A stretch of 64,000 bases of DNA from positions 69,192,001 through 69,256,000 of the forward strand of contig JANJGN010000004.1 of the NCBI GenBank assembly GCA_026770705.1, read 5' to 3'. The DNA comes from Isurus oxyrinchus (taxonomy: Eukaryota). Below, in pieces: positions 1-14,112 of the stretch (within the stretch, counting starts at the first letter, position 1; each line of letters begins with the position of its first letter). Both the position numbers and the translations under genes were made by a program. The notes beneath the pieces are model-generated. The model saw only the letters and a list, made by a program, of their open reading frames with translations. It was not told where the DNA came from and searched no databases.

Positions 1-2774
1 GTGTGAGAGGGAGCTGGTAGGGTGGGAGGGTGAGGGTGTGTTGGTAGCAGTAGAAGGGGCAGTGAGGGTGGTTGGTGGGGACATGGAGCCAGACACTGAC
101 CCTGGGGGTGGGATGGAGAAAGTCAGGGAGCTCAACATGGACAGGGGTTGGGTCCAGGAGGTAGGGAACATTCATGTACTCCTGGACATCCCCGAACTAC
201 AAGGGTTCAGGCTGGTAAGTGACAGTGGGGAGACAGATGGTGATGCCAAGGAGGTCGACAGTGAAGGGGGAAAGGACATGGGTGATGGGGGAGGGGAAAG
301 GACAGGGGAGTTAATCAAGAACTTTACCACGATCAGATTTTTCAAATCGAGAGTGACCGGAGCCTCGTGCTGGGTCGGGCACAGGTGCTGCATTGGGAAT
401 GTGATCAGTGGGTGGGTGAAGATGCGGCTCAGATGGACAACTGAGAGAGAACCCCAGCAGGCAGCATTGAAAATGCTTGGGACAGTGAGATGAGTGTGAT
501 GGATGAAGGCTCCATGTGCGTGGGAAAGTGCTTGCACGAGGCTCCAAAAGGCCCTGCCATTCACATAATTCTCCCTCCAGAATCACCCGTATTCCGGCTG
601 TGTGCAGCTGAACTGCTACTGGCATGGTGGGGGTTGGGAGGGTGGGGGGGGGATGTAGTGGGAGGACTCGCAAAGCCTGTCAATGAAGCTGAAAGACCCC
701 ACACACTATTCAGTGAAAGTGAATATAGTTTCTCATTGTAAAGTGACAAAATGTGTTCACTCTTGCAACCACCTGTGATCAAAATTTCTTAACTTTTCTA
801 GGCCTACCATTTCTTCTAGGTACTGCCCTGACATCCGCAACAGGGATGGAGACAGCCTGTGTAATGTTTGGTCCTGTTGCTTCTGTGACTTCAGTATGTC
901 TGCTCTGGAGAGGCGAGGCCTTGAGTGCCCTGGTTTGCTTTGGCTGTCCTCCTGTGAGCCAGCTGCACCCTCTGCATGTGACAGAGGATGTGGTTGAGGG
1001 GGGGGGGGGGTCACAGTCAGAGAGGATTCGGAAGCAGTGGGCGGTCTCTGAGATTCCTGAATAGATGACCCAAGGGTGTCCAGCTGCTGCTCCTCCCTTC
1101 AGGTGCTCAAAGGCCCTGGCCTGACTCCTTGAGGGGAAGGAGCACCTGGAAGGATGTTGAGTGCTCCATCTCCCCCTCGCAACTCACCTATGGCTACCAT
1201 GATGGAGTGCAGGTCTGCACACACCTCTGTTCTACTGGACCAGGGTCTCCATGGCATCTGCCATCCTCCCCATGGAGACCTCAATGTGTGCACATGTGGG
1301 CACCACTTCATCAGAGAGCAGGTGGACGCACTCCTCCAACTCGCGTGGCCCTCTGTCGGGGCTTCCAACAGCTCCACATGATGTTGCCCAACCTTCTGCT
1401 GACTCTCCAGGATGAATTGGAAAGCTGAATCCAGAGGCTCGTCATCTGACTCGGACCTCACAGATGCCTCTTCCCCAGCAGTCCTCCGAGTGACGGGGAG
1501 CTCAGCTGAACTTGCCTCCTCCTGCTGCGGACATGTGTCCGTGCGGTGATCACCAGATTGTGAACCCGAGCCTGCTTTAGAACTGGGTCCCACTGAGGTG
1601 TGTTTCTGCGCTAGTGCAGGGCATGTGTAAGCGCTATGACGGGTCTTCCAGACTGTTTATTTCTAACTCTTCAATGGGGGAGGTGTCCTTTTGGCTGGAG
1701 GCGAGGACCTAGATAGAGCTAAGGGCCTGACTAACTGAGGGTGTCGGTCACTTGGCAGAGCTTCCTGTGAACCAAAGTAGAGATAATTAGTGCATGACAG
1801 CACAGTCAAAAGCAGGAGAGAGAGAGAGAGAGGGAGAGAGAGCACTCACAGTCGTGTTGAGAGAGGGATGATCTGGTTCAAGACCCTCACATGGGTCTTC
1901 ATCGTCGACAACCGTCCACGCAGGCACAGTCCACATCCCCATCAGTCTGCGTAATGGCATGCTCCTTAAAGTGAGTGCAGCTTCTATTGTGGGCCACTCC
2001 ACCCCTGGTTTGGGGCCTCTCCCTGCTGTTGTGAGCCAGCTTCTCCTGCATGAAAATAGGTGGAAAGTGTGTGAGCAGGACTCATGGCACTGCGTGAAAT
2101 GTTTGTGTGACAAGCGGAGCCATGGACGGGATGAGAATGTGAGCTCGAGAGGACATGAGCCTGATGGAGATGTGAGGGTGTGTGTGAGAGTTAGTGGTGT
2201 TGCTCCTTGAGGTGTGGGATCCCTCTGGATGTGTGATGGATTTGTAAGTGTGAGTTGAGAGTGATGAGGTGGTTGCCTTACCCTGGCAGAACAGATGTGA
2301 GCATTCATCCTCTTCCTGCACTGGGTGGCTAACCTTCTCTGTGCTCCGTTGGTGCTGCCGCTGCCTCGCAGGCTGGAGTGGTGACGCTGGTGGACCTCCT
2401 GCGGCCAGAGCAGAGAGAAAGGACATTGTGGCAGCCATCCTCTGTGTTCAGCTGACGCCCCAGAGAGGCATCACTAAATTTGGAAGCTGGTGTCATCCTG
2501 ACTTTCGGGGCTATCTGTCGCTCGGAGCAGTCCTGGTCTGTAGACATGAATAAGGTATGAGCACTGGTGCGCTTTAAATATGGCGCCCAGAGTGGGGAAG
2601 CACTGAAGTCACAGCAGCTCGCTAACCAGCAATCTGGCATGTTTCCTGTGAATGTATTGTTAATGAGACAGGAAACGCTGGGAATGGGACGATGTGGCAT
2701 GAAAACCCGCCATTGCGGCCAGCGCATAAAATGTCCACTACTGCACCTCATGCAAGTCTGGGACATTTCCACCT
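1..2774 (-). mobile_element. Harbinger/PIF DNA transposon derivative with decayed, intron-containing Myb/SANT-like gene; runs off the left edge
   Basis: Collinear with 28080-30887 and with the reverse complement of 61778-64000. Minus-strand Myb/SANT-like motif (TQCRKRMN-type) near 2290-2440; splice donor at ~2281; shared SDDEPLD motif; TIR-like end ATTTCCACCT at ~2765-2774. Confidence 0.8.
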
Positions 2775-3239
2775 TCAGTGTGTAACAGAACCAACAGCAT
2801 TTCATTCACTCACTCACTTTTAGTTTCTTTTTATTTGGCAAAGACATATATAAAAGATATTATGGATTCAAAATTCAATCATCAAGCCAGGAATCTGTAA
2901 AACAAAATATGATATGTTGCTGCTTGGAGGGAGCATAGGTCAGAGAATTGGGCATAGAATTCAACACAACCTATTCCTTTGGTTTTCCCAGATGCTTATT
3001 TGAATCAAATGAAAGTTTGGAGTGAAGCCTTGCATTATTTACCCCAGTTCTAAGTATAAGTTTCATTTAGTTGTTCAATATTGGTTAACACTTTGATCTT
3101 CAAAGATAATTTTCATAAGAATGGTGAGTTGAAATCATCTTCCCTCCAGGACTCTTCAAGCTGTGATCATCCAAAATGACATTTTTCATCACATACCTAG
3201 GTGATAAGCTTTGCTGTCATTTATTTTTATTTTTTCACT

Positions 3240-3475
3240 GGATGAGTGGGTTGGAGGGCAGCATTGTCAAGGTCAACATTTAATGTCGATCCTGAATTGC
3301 TCTTTGGAAGGGGCTGGTGAGCTGCGTTCTTGAAACGCTGCAGTCCATGTGTTCAAGGTATACGCACAGTGCTGTTAGGGAGGGAATTCCAGGATTTTTG
3401 ACCTAGCAACGATGAAGGAACACTGGTCTATCTCCAAGTCTGGTTGGTGCGTGATTTGGAGGGGAACTTGTACAT
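3240..3475 (-). mobile_element. 3' fragment of a LINE, same family as 10222-11249
   Basis: Reverse complement resembles 11050-11245 (WNSLP-coding segment followed by the CTGCAGCGTTTCAAGAA...GCTCACCA tail). Confidence 0.65.
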
Positions 3476-3489
3476 AGTAGCTTGTACGA

Positions 3490-3995
3490 TTGCTGAGATT
3501 AGACAAGCATCTAGCTATGGTAGAGTGATTTTAATGGGAGATTTTAACTTAGAGATAGATTGGGATAAGCAGATGAATATACCTTAGAAATATAGTGAAT
3601 TTCTGGAGACGAGATAGTTTCTGAAACAATACATTCTAAAATCAACAAGGAGGCTGTCAGATCAGATTAAGTGATGAATAATGAACCAGATTTAGTTAAC
3701 AGCTTGATCGTGTGTGAATATTTGTCTACTAGAAATGATTATACGATTGAGTTCAATGTAATGTTTGAAAGGGAGAAATGTGAAACAGCTCCTAATGTTC
3801 TCGGTTTGGGTAAGACTAACATCAGTACAATGAGAAAGAGAGTGTGCACAATAAGGTGGGTAAATCTGTTAATGGGTAAAATGCCAGTGGATCAGTAGGA
3901 GAATTTAACCTGCTACAGAGCCAATTTATACCCCCAAGGGCAACAGTTCTGCCACAAAAGACAGGCATAACTGAGACTAATGTGATGAAGGAGTT
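3490..3995 (+). mobile_element. Decayed CR1 LINE endonuclease-region fragment
   Basis: ILMGDFN motif at ~3528-3548 and a degenerate DLVMxNE...DxxxIEF segment; multiple stops. Confidence 0.65.
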
Positions 3996-5799
3996 CAAAG
4001 TCACTGTGACTTTAATCGTTACTGGCAGGACATGGCAATTACTGCTGTGAGGTGTGAGGTCTCCAGTGATAGGATCACAGTTGTCTGTAATCATCTGCCT
4101 GCAGAGTCACAGTCTCCTGTGGCACTGATCCTTGGTCATCTCCAAGTAGCTCAGTCACAATCCTGTCCAATGCCCAAGGGCTAAGTGCCCACTCTCCCCA
4201 ACACCTGTACAGAGCCAAGGGCACCTTCTTTTCCAATGCCGAGTCCCCCTATGGCACGTTGACTCCCTTATGGGCCCAGAGGAATTCCCGGGAGCAGCGA
4301 AGATTGGCTCCGGTCTCTGTCCCCACCTCTCTTCAGCTCATCTGCAATGGACAGCTCTGAAGCTCATGTACCCCATTCAAAATTCCACCCGTCCCCTCTA
4401 ACAAGCTCTTAATGAGCTTTTTAAGTACTTTAACTGGCGTCAATGGGGAGGCGAGTGGGTAAGCCCTAGTAAACATTGTAAGCTCCGGAAATGGCTTCTT
4501 GAAACTGACACACTGGTCAGTGCTGGTGTTTTTGGGACCCTCGCTGCCTCTGTTCCCACTTGCGGAAGGGAGGGGCCTGAAAATACAGCCCTAGTTGTCA
4601 CACAAAGACACATACCTTCACGGCCTCAAATATACACACACCCTTACCATCACATTCGCATTTGAACATCCTGCATAAGTCCCATCCTCTGTAATTCTTA
4701 CTAATATCCTATTCACTGATTCAACTGTTCAGTTCAGATATTAAGTAGCAATGAAGCAAAAAGACCATCTTTGCTGAAACACACACATGTTCATTGGAAG
4801 TTGCCTCACTGGAGAACCACCAGCTATCATCATCTTGGGATTACACAATGTTTGAACTTCATTTATTGACTGATCAAATGGACAAATGCCAATGGAATTA
4901 CCAAATCAAATGCCAAATGGTAAAATCACTAATTGCAACAATTTGTAACCCACAGCTATTTCCTAAGGCCTGATGAACAAGAAGCAATTCCTAGTGAATG
5001 ATTTCATCGAAATAGTCATGAGAAGACAACAATGTTGGAAGAAAACATGTAAATATTAAGTCTGGAACACGAGAGAACAGGGAATAGATGGTTGAGCAAC
5101 TCTTCACAATCACCATATTCTTCACAAATCTGCGGCAAATTTAACTGATGAATCAAATGTAATTTTTCTAAACACTACATTTAGAGAGTACTGTCTGCCA
5201 AGATAATAGGAACAACAAATAAAAATGAGCGATAATCTGTAGTCTGCTTTAGTCTCTATGAGGTTGACATGCAGCATTCAATTAGAATCTCCTTCATTTA
5301 CTACATCACAACAGTAACTACAGTTCAAACAGCCTGCAGTTGTGAAAGGAGTTATATAAATGCAAGTCTTTCTTCCATGCATCCTAAGTAACAAATACAG
5401 GTTATACATGGGCTGAATTTGAGGGGGTGCTAAAGTTACTACAGGCCCCCAACTACAAAGTCAGGGGAGTGTGTGGTAGCACGCCCATGACCCTGAATGC
5501 TGCCCCACAGCAATTTAACATGGGAGCAGCCTTACTTGCTTCAAGGTGAGACTTCCACTCCTTTCTTGGGAGGAAGTCCTGCCTTAGCGTGCTGCCAGAC
5601 AATCAGATGGCCAGCAGCTTTGCAGTCTCAGTAGCGCCAGCTGGAAGCGGTGGCTACTGCTGGGACTACAGGCAGTCCCAGCACATTCAGGAGCCCAGGT
5701 AAGTCTAGGATCAGTGGTCTCAGTGAGGCACATAGGGGATGAGGGGGCCTGATCCAAGAAGCTAGCGGGGAGGCTTAAAGATGGGATGACCGTGAGGAG

Positions 5800-6899
5800 T
5801 GTCACGAAAAGCCGATACAGCCATGAATTACTTACAACCATATTGAACTTTTTAAGGAAGACGTGTGATTTTAAAGAAACACAAGCAAGGACCCTGAGCA
5901 ATTGATGATAATGTTAAGTGACCACTTTCTGGAAAAATTCCTATGTGGACTAGACTGATAGGTCTGTCCTGAGAAAACATGAATTGTTGCACTTGAAAAG
6001 GTGTCATGGCCTTCTTCAAACAGAGACACTTAAAAGGAAAGATGTAAAAGGCTGAACTTTAATCTTCTGTTGTTGCAGAGACAAAGATTCTAGACATCTC
6101 AGCAGTCATCTAACATCCATCTCCCGTTGATTCATATCTCAGAATGTGTAAAATGGTCAGAGATCAAGGAATACTCTGGGTGCAAGGCATGGTTTTTTTT
6201 TACCCTTGCAGGAATACACAGGAAAAATGGGTTAAAAAGCTAGGTGCAGAGCAGTGCAGTGTGCTAGTGTGCTGATGTACTTGTGTGTATGACAGCAACA
6301 AGGCAACTAACTAGTCACCCCTGCAGTTGCAGGTGAAGTCTCTCGCTCTCTCGGTCAATGGAGGCAAGTCAGTGGAAACCACAATCAAAAAGGAAATACG
6401 ACAGTTTCTTCAGCTATCCTGCAGAACCAAGTGTCTCCAAGCCTACTGTCAAACTGCCAAAGTCAACTCTATTGGAATCACCCACTTAATGGCCGCAATG
6501 TGTCAATCTATGCCTCACGGACAAGCCAAAGACTGATTCATATTTTGTTTTTAACTTTTATTTGGACTCTTAACTTCTCATTTCTGATCTGTGTGTACAT
6601 GTGTGGCCTTTTTATTATTTTTTCTCAGGCTTTTAGTAACTAATAAGCTTACTCTTTCTTTGACTCAAGAAAGCTTGGTTAAATTGGCTCCTTCTAAAAA
6701 AATGAATATATTTAGACTGGGAAAAGGCATCCATGGGGAAAGGGATCCCTTTTTAATTAACCTTGTTGCGACCAACCAAGGGTGTTGAATAAAGAAGGGA
6801 GCCAGCTCATTCCTTCTAATCCAGGTGCATAATAAAGTTGGGGTCCCATTCAGAAAGTTAAAAAATTGTGGGACCCTCACCTGCGGACTGGTTGCAACA
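5800..6899 (+). repeat. 5' LTR of the first Gypsy element (right boundary ambiguous because of tandem PBS units)
   Basis: Starts TGTCAC, ends GCAACA, followed by AATTGGGGGCT; AATAAA at ~6788. Confidence 0.6.
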
Positions 6900-8285
6900 A
6901 ATTGGGGGCTGGTCTGGGAAGTTAACAAAATGGGGGATCTCGCACAGGCACTGTTCGTAACAAATTGGGGGCACGGTGCTGAAATAGATCCCACAGATGA
7001 AACGAAAGAATTAGAGTGAGGGAAGTAAATTGTTCCTTTGAAAGCAACTTAAAATAAACCACAAAAAGGTTTTCTTGAGTCTGCCCTACTAAAGTGTAAA
7101 AATGTCCATATTTGATGTCAGTGGAGGGTATGTTAGTTCTGAAAATTTAACAGTTCTGTTGCTCGGAGAGCTAAAAGAGCTAGCGATGCATTTAGGATTA
7201 GAATTTCGCCCAAAAGCCAGAAAACCCAAAATGTTAAAAGGGGTGGCCAACAGTGCAAATTGAGGACGTTGAAATGGATAGAGTAGTGATAGAGAAATTA
7301 GAATTTCAGGAAAGAGAAAAGGAAAGGGAAAGAGAGAAAGAGGAAAGACAGGAAAGGTCACAGAGAGAAGAGAGAGAATTTCAGGACAGAGACAAGGAAA
7401 GGGAGTTTAAACTAAAACAGCTCAAGCTGAAAGGCAGGAATCCTACTGTGTCCCTTGAAGACACCACTAGCTCAGACGTAAGGGCTGAGGCAATCCGGTT
7501 TTCTCATTTAATCCTTAAGTTTCATGAAGCAGAGGTGGAAGCCTTCTTTATCTCTTCCAAGCAGTTAGCACAGCCATTCCAACATTGGTCCCAACTACTG
7601 CAGGGTAAACTTTCAGGAAAGCTCATGAGGTTTACTCCCTCTTGCCTGAGCAAAGTGTCAATGACTAAGAAACAGCAAAAAAGGCTGTTTTAAGCGAGTA
7701 CCAGTTCGTGTCAGGGGCACCGTCAGAAATTCCGTACCCTTGGGAAACAGCCTGACCAGATGTACCTGGAAGTTAAAAGGCTTAAGCAACTTCCTTTTGA
7801 CCAGTTGTTGAAGGCGCTTAAAACAGAAGCCACTTACGAAAAGCTCTATGAAATAATTCTCCTTGAGGAGTTTAAAAACTCCATACCCTTCCCAATAAGA
7901 ACACACCTAGAGAAACAGAGGGTAACAGGGGCCAGACAGGCAGCCACGCTGGTTGATGATTATGAGCTGATCAACAAATCCTTGTCCCAGAAAAGACCCA
8001 CCGTTAGTCATCCCCAATCAACAGGAAAGGATAGAGATTTAGAGTGTGATAGAAAACTGAGCACCCATGGGAGAGAAAGAAATGCTGGGGGCCCTCCCCA
8101 GGATAGAAAGGGCGGTGATGAGATGAAAAGTTAGGCCAAGAAGCCTGTGTGTTTTAACTGCCGAAAGGAAGGGCACCTGCTGGAGGTTACAGGAAAAACC
8201 AGTGGGATTTATTGGGGCACATATTCCCCATGCAAAGAATGGGAGTCAGTCAGAGAGCGTAGCAGACCAAGTTATGGGTTGAGCT

Positions 8286-9861
8286 GTGACCATGAATCCC
8301 TGTAGATGCACTCCTGAGAGTGTGGGTGAGGTTAAACAAATATCTGTGAGATATGTGGGCTTTATATCTGAAGGGAGGGTGGCTACATTTTCCCAGGGTG
8401 AAGCGAGTGTGCCAATAGTGATACTGAGGGATACAGTGGCCAGCCAAACTCTACTGCCAGGAAAAGGCATGACCTTTCCACTAGAGAGTGCAGTAAGTGC
8501 CAAGGTATCGGTAAAGGGGATTGAAGGAGGGGATATGCCCATTCTCTTATACCGGGTGCATCTGGAGAGCAACCTTGTGTCACAACTGTTGACTGTAGGA
8601 GTTGTCCCTGATTTGCCTGTGGACAGGATCAACCTGCTCCTCAGCAATGACCTGGTGGGATCAAAGGCAACAGCATCCCCAGTGGCATCAGAGAAGCCAA
8701 GTGAGATCAGGGAGACACAACAGCTGCAAGAGAAAGTGCCTGGCATTTTCTCTGACTGTGTGGTAATGCAGTCTATGGCCAGACAAGCTCCTTCAGTGGA
8801 GGCTGAAGTGGCAATGCTGGCAGATGATCCTACAGTCTGGTTATCTGAAATATTTTTTGGGAGTCTAGAAGGCTCTAAGGAGGTAATAAATAGATCTTCC
8901 TTGGGAGCGGCCCAGCAAACTGACCCACTGTTAAAAGCATTAGCTCAGACTGCACATGCTGAGGCCGAAGCAGAGGCAGAAACAGTCCTTGATTGCTACT
9001 ACATTAAGAATGACATGCGAATGAAGAAATGGAGACCCCCTCACAGACCTGCAAATGACGAGTGGGCAGTGATCCACCACGTAGTGGTGTCACTGAGGTA
9101 CCATAGGGAAATATTATGCCTAGCTCATGAAATTCCAATGGCTGGGCATGCCGGTATACGCAAAACCCAAGCCTGCATCAGCCAGCATTTTTACTGGCCA
9201 CACCTCCAGAGGGATATAAGATTTTGCAGAGCCTGCCACACCTGCCAGGCTGTGGGAAAACCCCAACCTGCAATACAACCTGCACCAACGATTCCTGTGC
9301 TGGCTTTTGGGGAACCATTCAGCAAGGTGTTAGTGGACTGTGTGGGGCCCCTGCCCAAAACAAAAGGTAGCTACCAGTATATTATTACCATCATGGACAT
9401 GCCTACCCGCTTCCCACAGGCTGTTCCCTGAGAACCATATCTGAAAAAACAGCGTGGGGGGATTAACCTAATTCTTTACCAGATATGGTCTGCCCACCGA
9501 GATCCAGTCAGATCAGGGCACAGATTTCATGTCCAAAATATTCCAGGAAGTCATGGGTAACCTGGGTGTGACCCAGCTGAAGTCTTCAGCCTATCACCTG
9601 CAATTGCAGGGGGCACTAGAACAGTACCACCAGACCCCAAAAACAATGATCAGGGCATACTGCCAAGAGTACCCCCATGACTGGGAGCCCCTTTTCGCCA
9701 CCAGGGATTCACCCAATGAATCCACCGGGTTTACTCCATTCGAATTAGTTTTCGGACACCAAGTGCGAAGGTCTCTGAAACTGATCAAGGGGAAGTTTTT
9801 AGAACAGAAGGAGAAAGTGAACATGTTAGACTTGGTAACAGTGTCCAGGAGCAACTCATGA
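8286..9861 (+). pseudogene. Gypsy pol remnant: protease-like region and integrase (zinc-binding and rve core), frameshifted
   Basis: ORF track 8286-9431 and 9529-9861: AHEIPMAGHAG, FCRACHTCQ, LVDCVGPLP, SAYHLQLQGALEQ, STGFTPFELVFG. Confidence 0.85.
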
Positions 9862-10119
9862 GAGCTTGTGATATGGCTCGAGAACGCTTAAAAACCTCCC
9901 ACTTTTCAAAGGCTGATGAACCAGGTAGTAGCGGGCTTATCCAATTGCGTAATGTACCTAAACGACCTCTTAGTGTACAGCTTCACCTGGGAAACTCACT
10001 TAGAGCAACTGGAAGCCGTCTTTCAGAAAGTACAGTTAGCTGACCTCGTGGTCAATCTCGCAAAGAACAAGTCTGCTCAGGTTCAGGTGAGCTACCTAGG
10101 ACACGTGCTGGGTCAAGAT

Positions 10120-12298
10120 GGCATTTGATAAGGTGCCACATAAAAGGTTATTGCACAAGATAGGAGATCACGGTATTAGCATGGACTAAGGATTGGTTAA
10201 CACACAGAATACAGAGAGTCGAAAGGACTCAAGCAGAAATGAAGATGTTTGTGGTTGTTGGAGGTCAGTCATCTCAGCTCCAGAACATCAGGGTAGTGTC
10301 CTCGGCCCAACCACCTTCAGCTGCTTCATCTTCCATCCATCATAAGGTCAGAAATGGGGATGTTCGCTGATGATTGCACAATGTTCAGCACCATTTGCAA
10401 CTCCTTAGATACTGAAGCAGTCTATGTCCAAATGCAGCAAGGCCTGGACAATATCCAGGCTTGGGCTACCAAATGGCAAGTAGCATTCACGCCACACAAG
10501 TGCCAGACAATAACCATCTCCAATAAGAGAGAATCCAACCATCACCCCTTGATGTTCAATGGCATTGCCATCACTGAATCCCCCACTGTCAACATCCTGA
10601 CGGTTACGATTGACCAGAAACTGAACTGGACTAGCCATATCAATACTGTGGTTACAAGAGCAAGTCAGAGGCTAGGAATCATGTGACGAGTAACTCACCT
10701 CCTGACTCCCCAAAGCCTGTCCACCAACTACAAGGCACAAGTCAGGAGTGTGATGGAATACTCCCCGCTTGCCTGAATGAGTGCAGCTCCCACAACACTC
10801 AAAAAGCTTGATACCATCCAGGACAAAGCAGCCTACTTGATTGGTACCATTTCCACAAACATTCACTCCCTCTACCAGCGACACACAGTAGCAGCAGTGT
10901 GTACCATCTATAAGATGCACCGCAGAAATTCTCCAAGGCTCCTTCGACAGCACCTTCCAAATCCACAACCACTACCATCTAGAAGGACAAGGGCAGCAGA
11001 CACATTGGAACACCATCACCTGGAAGTTCCCCTCCAAGTCACTCACCATCCTGGCTTGGAAATATATCACCATTCCTTCACTGTCACTGGGTCAAAATCC
11101 TGGAACTCCCTCCCTACCAGCACTGTGAGTGTACCTATACCACATTGACTGCAGCAGTTCAAGAAGGCAGCTCACCACCACCTTCTCAAAGACAACCAGG
11201 GGTGAGTAAAAAATGCTGACCCAGCCAGCGAAGTCCACATTTCGTGATTGAATAGTGGGTCTTTTTCAGGTTGGATAGACATAACAAGTAGAGTGCCACA
11301 AGGATCAGTCCCAGGGCCTCAATTATTTACTATCTATATTAACGACTTGGAGGGGGCAGAGCGTAATGTATCCAAATTTGCTGATGATACAAACATAGGT
11401 GGGAGGGTATGTTCTGATGAGGACAAAGGAATCTGCAAGGGGATATAGATAAGTTGAGTGAGTGGGTAAAAACTTGGCAGATGGAATTTAATGTAGGAAG
11501 GTGTGAGGTCATGCACTTTGGTAAAAAAAATCAAAAGGCAGACAATTATTTAAATGGAGAGAGACTCTAAAAAAATGCAGCACAGAGGGATTTACACAAA
11601 AAGTTAGCATGCAGGTGCAGCAAGTAATTAAGGCAAATGGAATTTTGGCCTGTATTGGAATTGGCCTGGTTGGAATTTAAAAATTGTGAAGTCTTGTTAC
11701 AACTGTACAGGGTGTTGGTGAGGCTGCACCTGGAGTACAGTGGACAGTTTTGGTCCTTGTATTTAAGAAAGGGTATGCTGGCATTGGAGGCAGTTCAAAA
11801 GAGATTCACTAGGCTGATTCCTGGGATGAAGGGGTTGACTTATCAAGAACAGCTAAACAAGTTATCCCTTTATTCATTCAAATTTAGAAGAATGAGGGGA
11901 TGATCTTATTGAAATGTACAAGATTCTGAGGGGGCTTGACAGTGTAGATGTTGAGAAGATGTTTCCACTAGTGGGGGAAGCTCAAACTAGGGGACGTACT
12001 TACAGAATAAGGAGGCACTCATTTAAAACTGAGATGGGAAGGAATTTCTTCTCTCAGAGGTTAGTGAAAGTATGGAATTCTCTACCCCAGAGAGTTGAGG
12101 AGGCTATATCACTGAAAGTATTTAAAGAGGAGCTAGATAAGATTTTTGAAATATTGGGGAGTTGACAGCTATGAGGAGCTGGCACGAAAGAGGAGTTGAG
12201 GTCAGGGGCAGATCAGCCATGATCTTATAGAATGGTGGGGCAGGCTTGAGGAGCCGAATGGTCTACTCTTGCTCCTATTTCTTTTGTTCTTACGTTCG
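10120..12298 (+). mobile_element. 5'-truncated CR1 LINE inserted in the Gypsy RT, itself split by a second LINE
   Basis: AFDKVPH at ~10122; resumes at 11250 with VPQGSVPGP, KFADDT, HLEYSGQFW, WNSLP; typical 3' UTR ending in a TTCTT-rich tail at ~12295. Confidence 0.88.
10222..11249 (+). mobile_element. 5'-truncated LINE (CR1/L2 group) nested inside the CR1 copy
   Basis: MFADDCT RT motif (10360-10380), IDQKLNWTSHI, SWNSLP; 3' end shared with the SINE at 59185-59565. Confidence 0.85.
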
Positions 12299-13044
12299 TA
12301 AAGATAAGTACTACCCAGGGCTGCAAAGATACAAACAATCTCACAGTTCTCCATTCCTACAACAAAACGGGAAATCATGAAGTTCTTGTGGATGTGTGGT
12401 TCTACCGTAAGTTCATCCCAAACTTCAGCACAGTAGCCGCCCCGCTGACAGACATATTACAGAAAAAAGCAAAGGTAGTATGAACTGAGAAATGCCAGAC
12501 AGCTTTCAAAAAGCTGCAAGCCATTTTAATAGGCAAGTGACATCAGGATCGGGGCTGTCCTCCTCTAGGAAGACAAATCAGGGATAGAGAGACCAATCAG
12601 TTACTTCCCCCAAAAAACTAAACAAGCATCAGAAAGGGTACTCCACTGTTGAGAAGGAAACCCTCGGTTTATTAGTTGCTCTCACACGCTTTGAGATATA
12701 TTTCCGAAATGGATAGAGAGAGACCGCAGTTTATGCTGACCACAACCTATTAACCTTTGTGGAAAGGTTTAAGACCCAGAATGCCAGGCTATTCCATTGG
12801 AATTTGTTTCGCCAACCATACCACCTAAAAATCACCCACTTTGCCAGGAAATCAAATGTGATTACAGGCACCCTGTCCAGAACTTAAAGAGACCCAGTTA
12901 GAACTGAAGAGATAATATTGGCCAAGGGTAGGAGAATGAATGTGTGTCTGTGTTTTTTTTTGCCTTGTAACAAAATGAAGATTAACCAAAATGGCCAGCA
13001 TGTTTAATATAAAAACAAAGAGAACTGCGGATGCTGGAAATGCA

Positions 13045-14112
13045 AAACAAAAACAGAATTACCTGGAAAAACTCAGCAGGTCTGGCAGCATCGGCGGAGA
13101 AGAAAAGAGTTGACGTTTCGAGTCTTCATGACCCTTCGACAGAACTTGATTTCGAGTCCAGGAAAGAGTTGAAATATAAGTTGGTTTAAGGTGTGTGGGG
13201 GGGGGGGGGCGCGGAGAGAGAGAGAGAGACAGAGGTGCTTGTGTAGACAAACAAGCAGTGATAGAAGCAGATCATCAAAAGATGTCAGTGACAATGGGAC
13301 AAAAGAACACATAGGTGTTAAAGTTAAAGTTGGTGATATTATCTAAACGAATGTGCTAATTAAGAATGGATGGTAGGGCACTCAAGGTACAGCTCTAGTG
13401 GGGGTGGGGGGAGCATAAAAGATTTTAAAATATTTAAAAATAAGTGGGAAAAGAAAAATCTGTAAAATTTATAGGGAAAAAAAAAAGGGGGAAAAAAAAG
13501 GGGGGGGAAACAGAAAGGGGGTGGGGATGGGGGAGGGAGCTCACGACCTAAAGTTATTGAATTCAATATTCAGACCGGAAGGCTGTAAGGTGCCTAGTCG
13601 GAAGATGAGGTGTTGTTCCTCCAGTTTGCGTTGGGCTTCACTGGAACAATGCAGTAAGCCAAGGACAGACATGTGGGCAAGAGAGCAGGGTGGAGTGTTA
13701 AAATGGCAAGCGACAGGGAGGTTTGGGTCATTCTTGCGGACAGACCGCAGGTGTTCTGCAAAGCGGTCGCCCAGTTTACGTTTGGTCTCTCCAATGTAGA
13801 GGAGACCACATTGGGAGCAACGAATGCAGTAGACTAAGTTGGGGGAAATGCAAGTGAAATGCTGCTTCACTTGAAAGGAGTGTTTGGGCCCTTGGACGGT
13901 GAGGAGAGAGGAAGTGAAGGGGCAGGTGTTACATCTTTTGCGTGGGCATGGGGTGGTGCCATAGGAGGGGGTTGAGGAGTAGGGGGTGATGGAGGAGTGG
14001 ACCAGGGTGTCCCGGAGGGAGCGATCCCTACGGAATGCCGATAAGGGGGGTGAAGGGAAGATGTGTTTGGTGGTGGCATCATGCTGGAGTTGGCGGAAAT
14101 GGCGGAGGATGA
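13045..14112 (-). repeat. Left inverted arm of the PLE (copy of the GIY-YIG region and 3' UTR/pLTR)
   Basis: Mirror of 16099-17165; ORF-track translations match on both sides. By eye only two differences were found: a substitution (13090 vs 17120) and a homopolymer length (A10 vs T9). Confidence 0.97.
13108..13146 (-). ncRNA. Second copy of the hammerhead-like motif, in the left arm
   Basis: Exact reverse complement of 17064-17102. Confidence 0.75.

Larger units (their letters stand above)
5800..12990 (+). mobile_element. Decayed Gmr1-type Gypsy LTR retrotransposon (gag-PR-IN-RT-RH); 5' LTR only, interrupted by two nested LINEs
   Basis: TG start at 5800; tRNA-Pro-like PBS TGGGGGCT at 6903; charged coiled-coil gag (7100-8200) with knuckle remnant; protease-like ILRDTVAS; integrase HxxxMAGH/CRACHTC/VDCVGPLP before RT (YLND at ~9955); GFYRKFIPNFS and RNase H remnants at 12380-12885. 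Confidence 0.88.
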
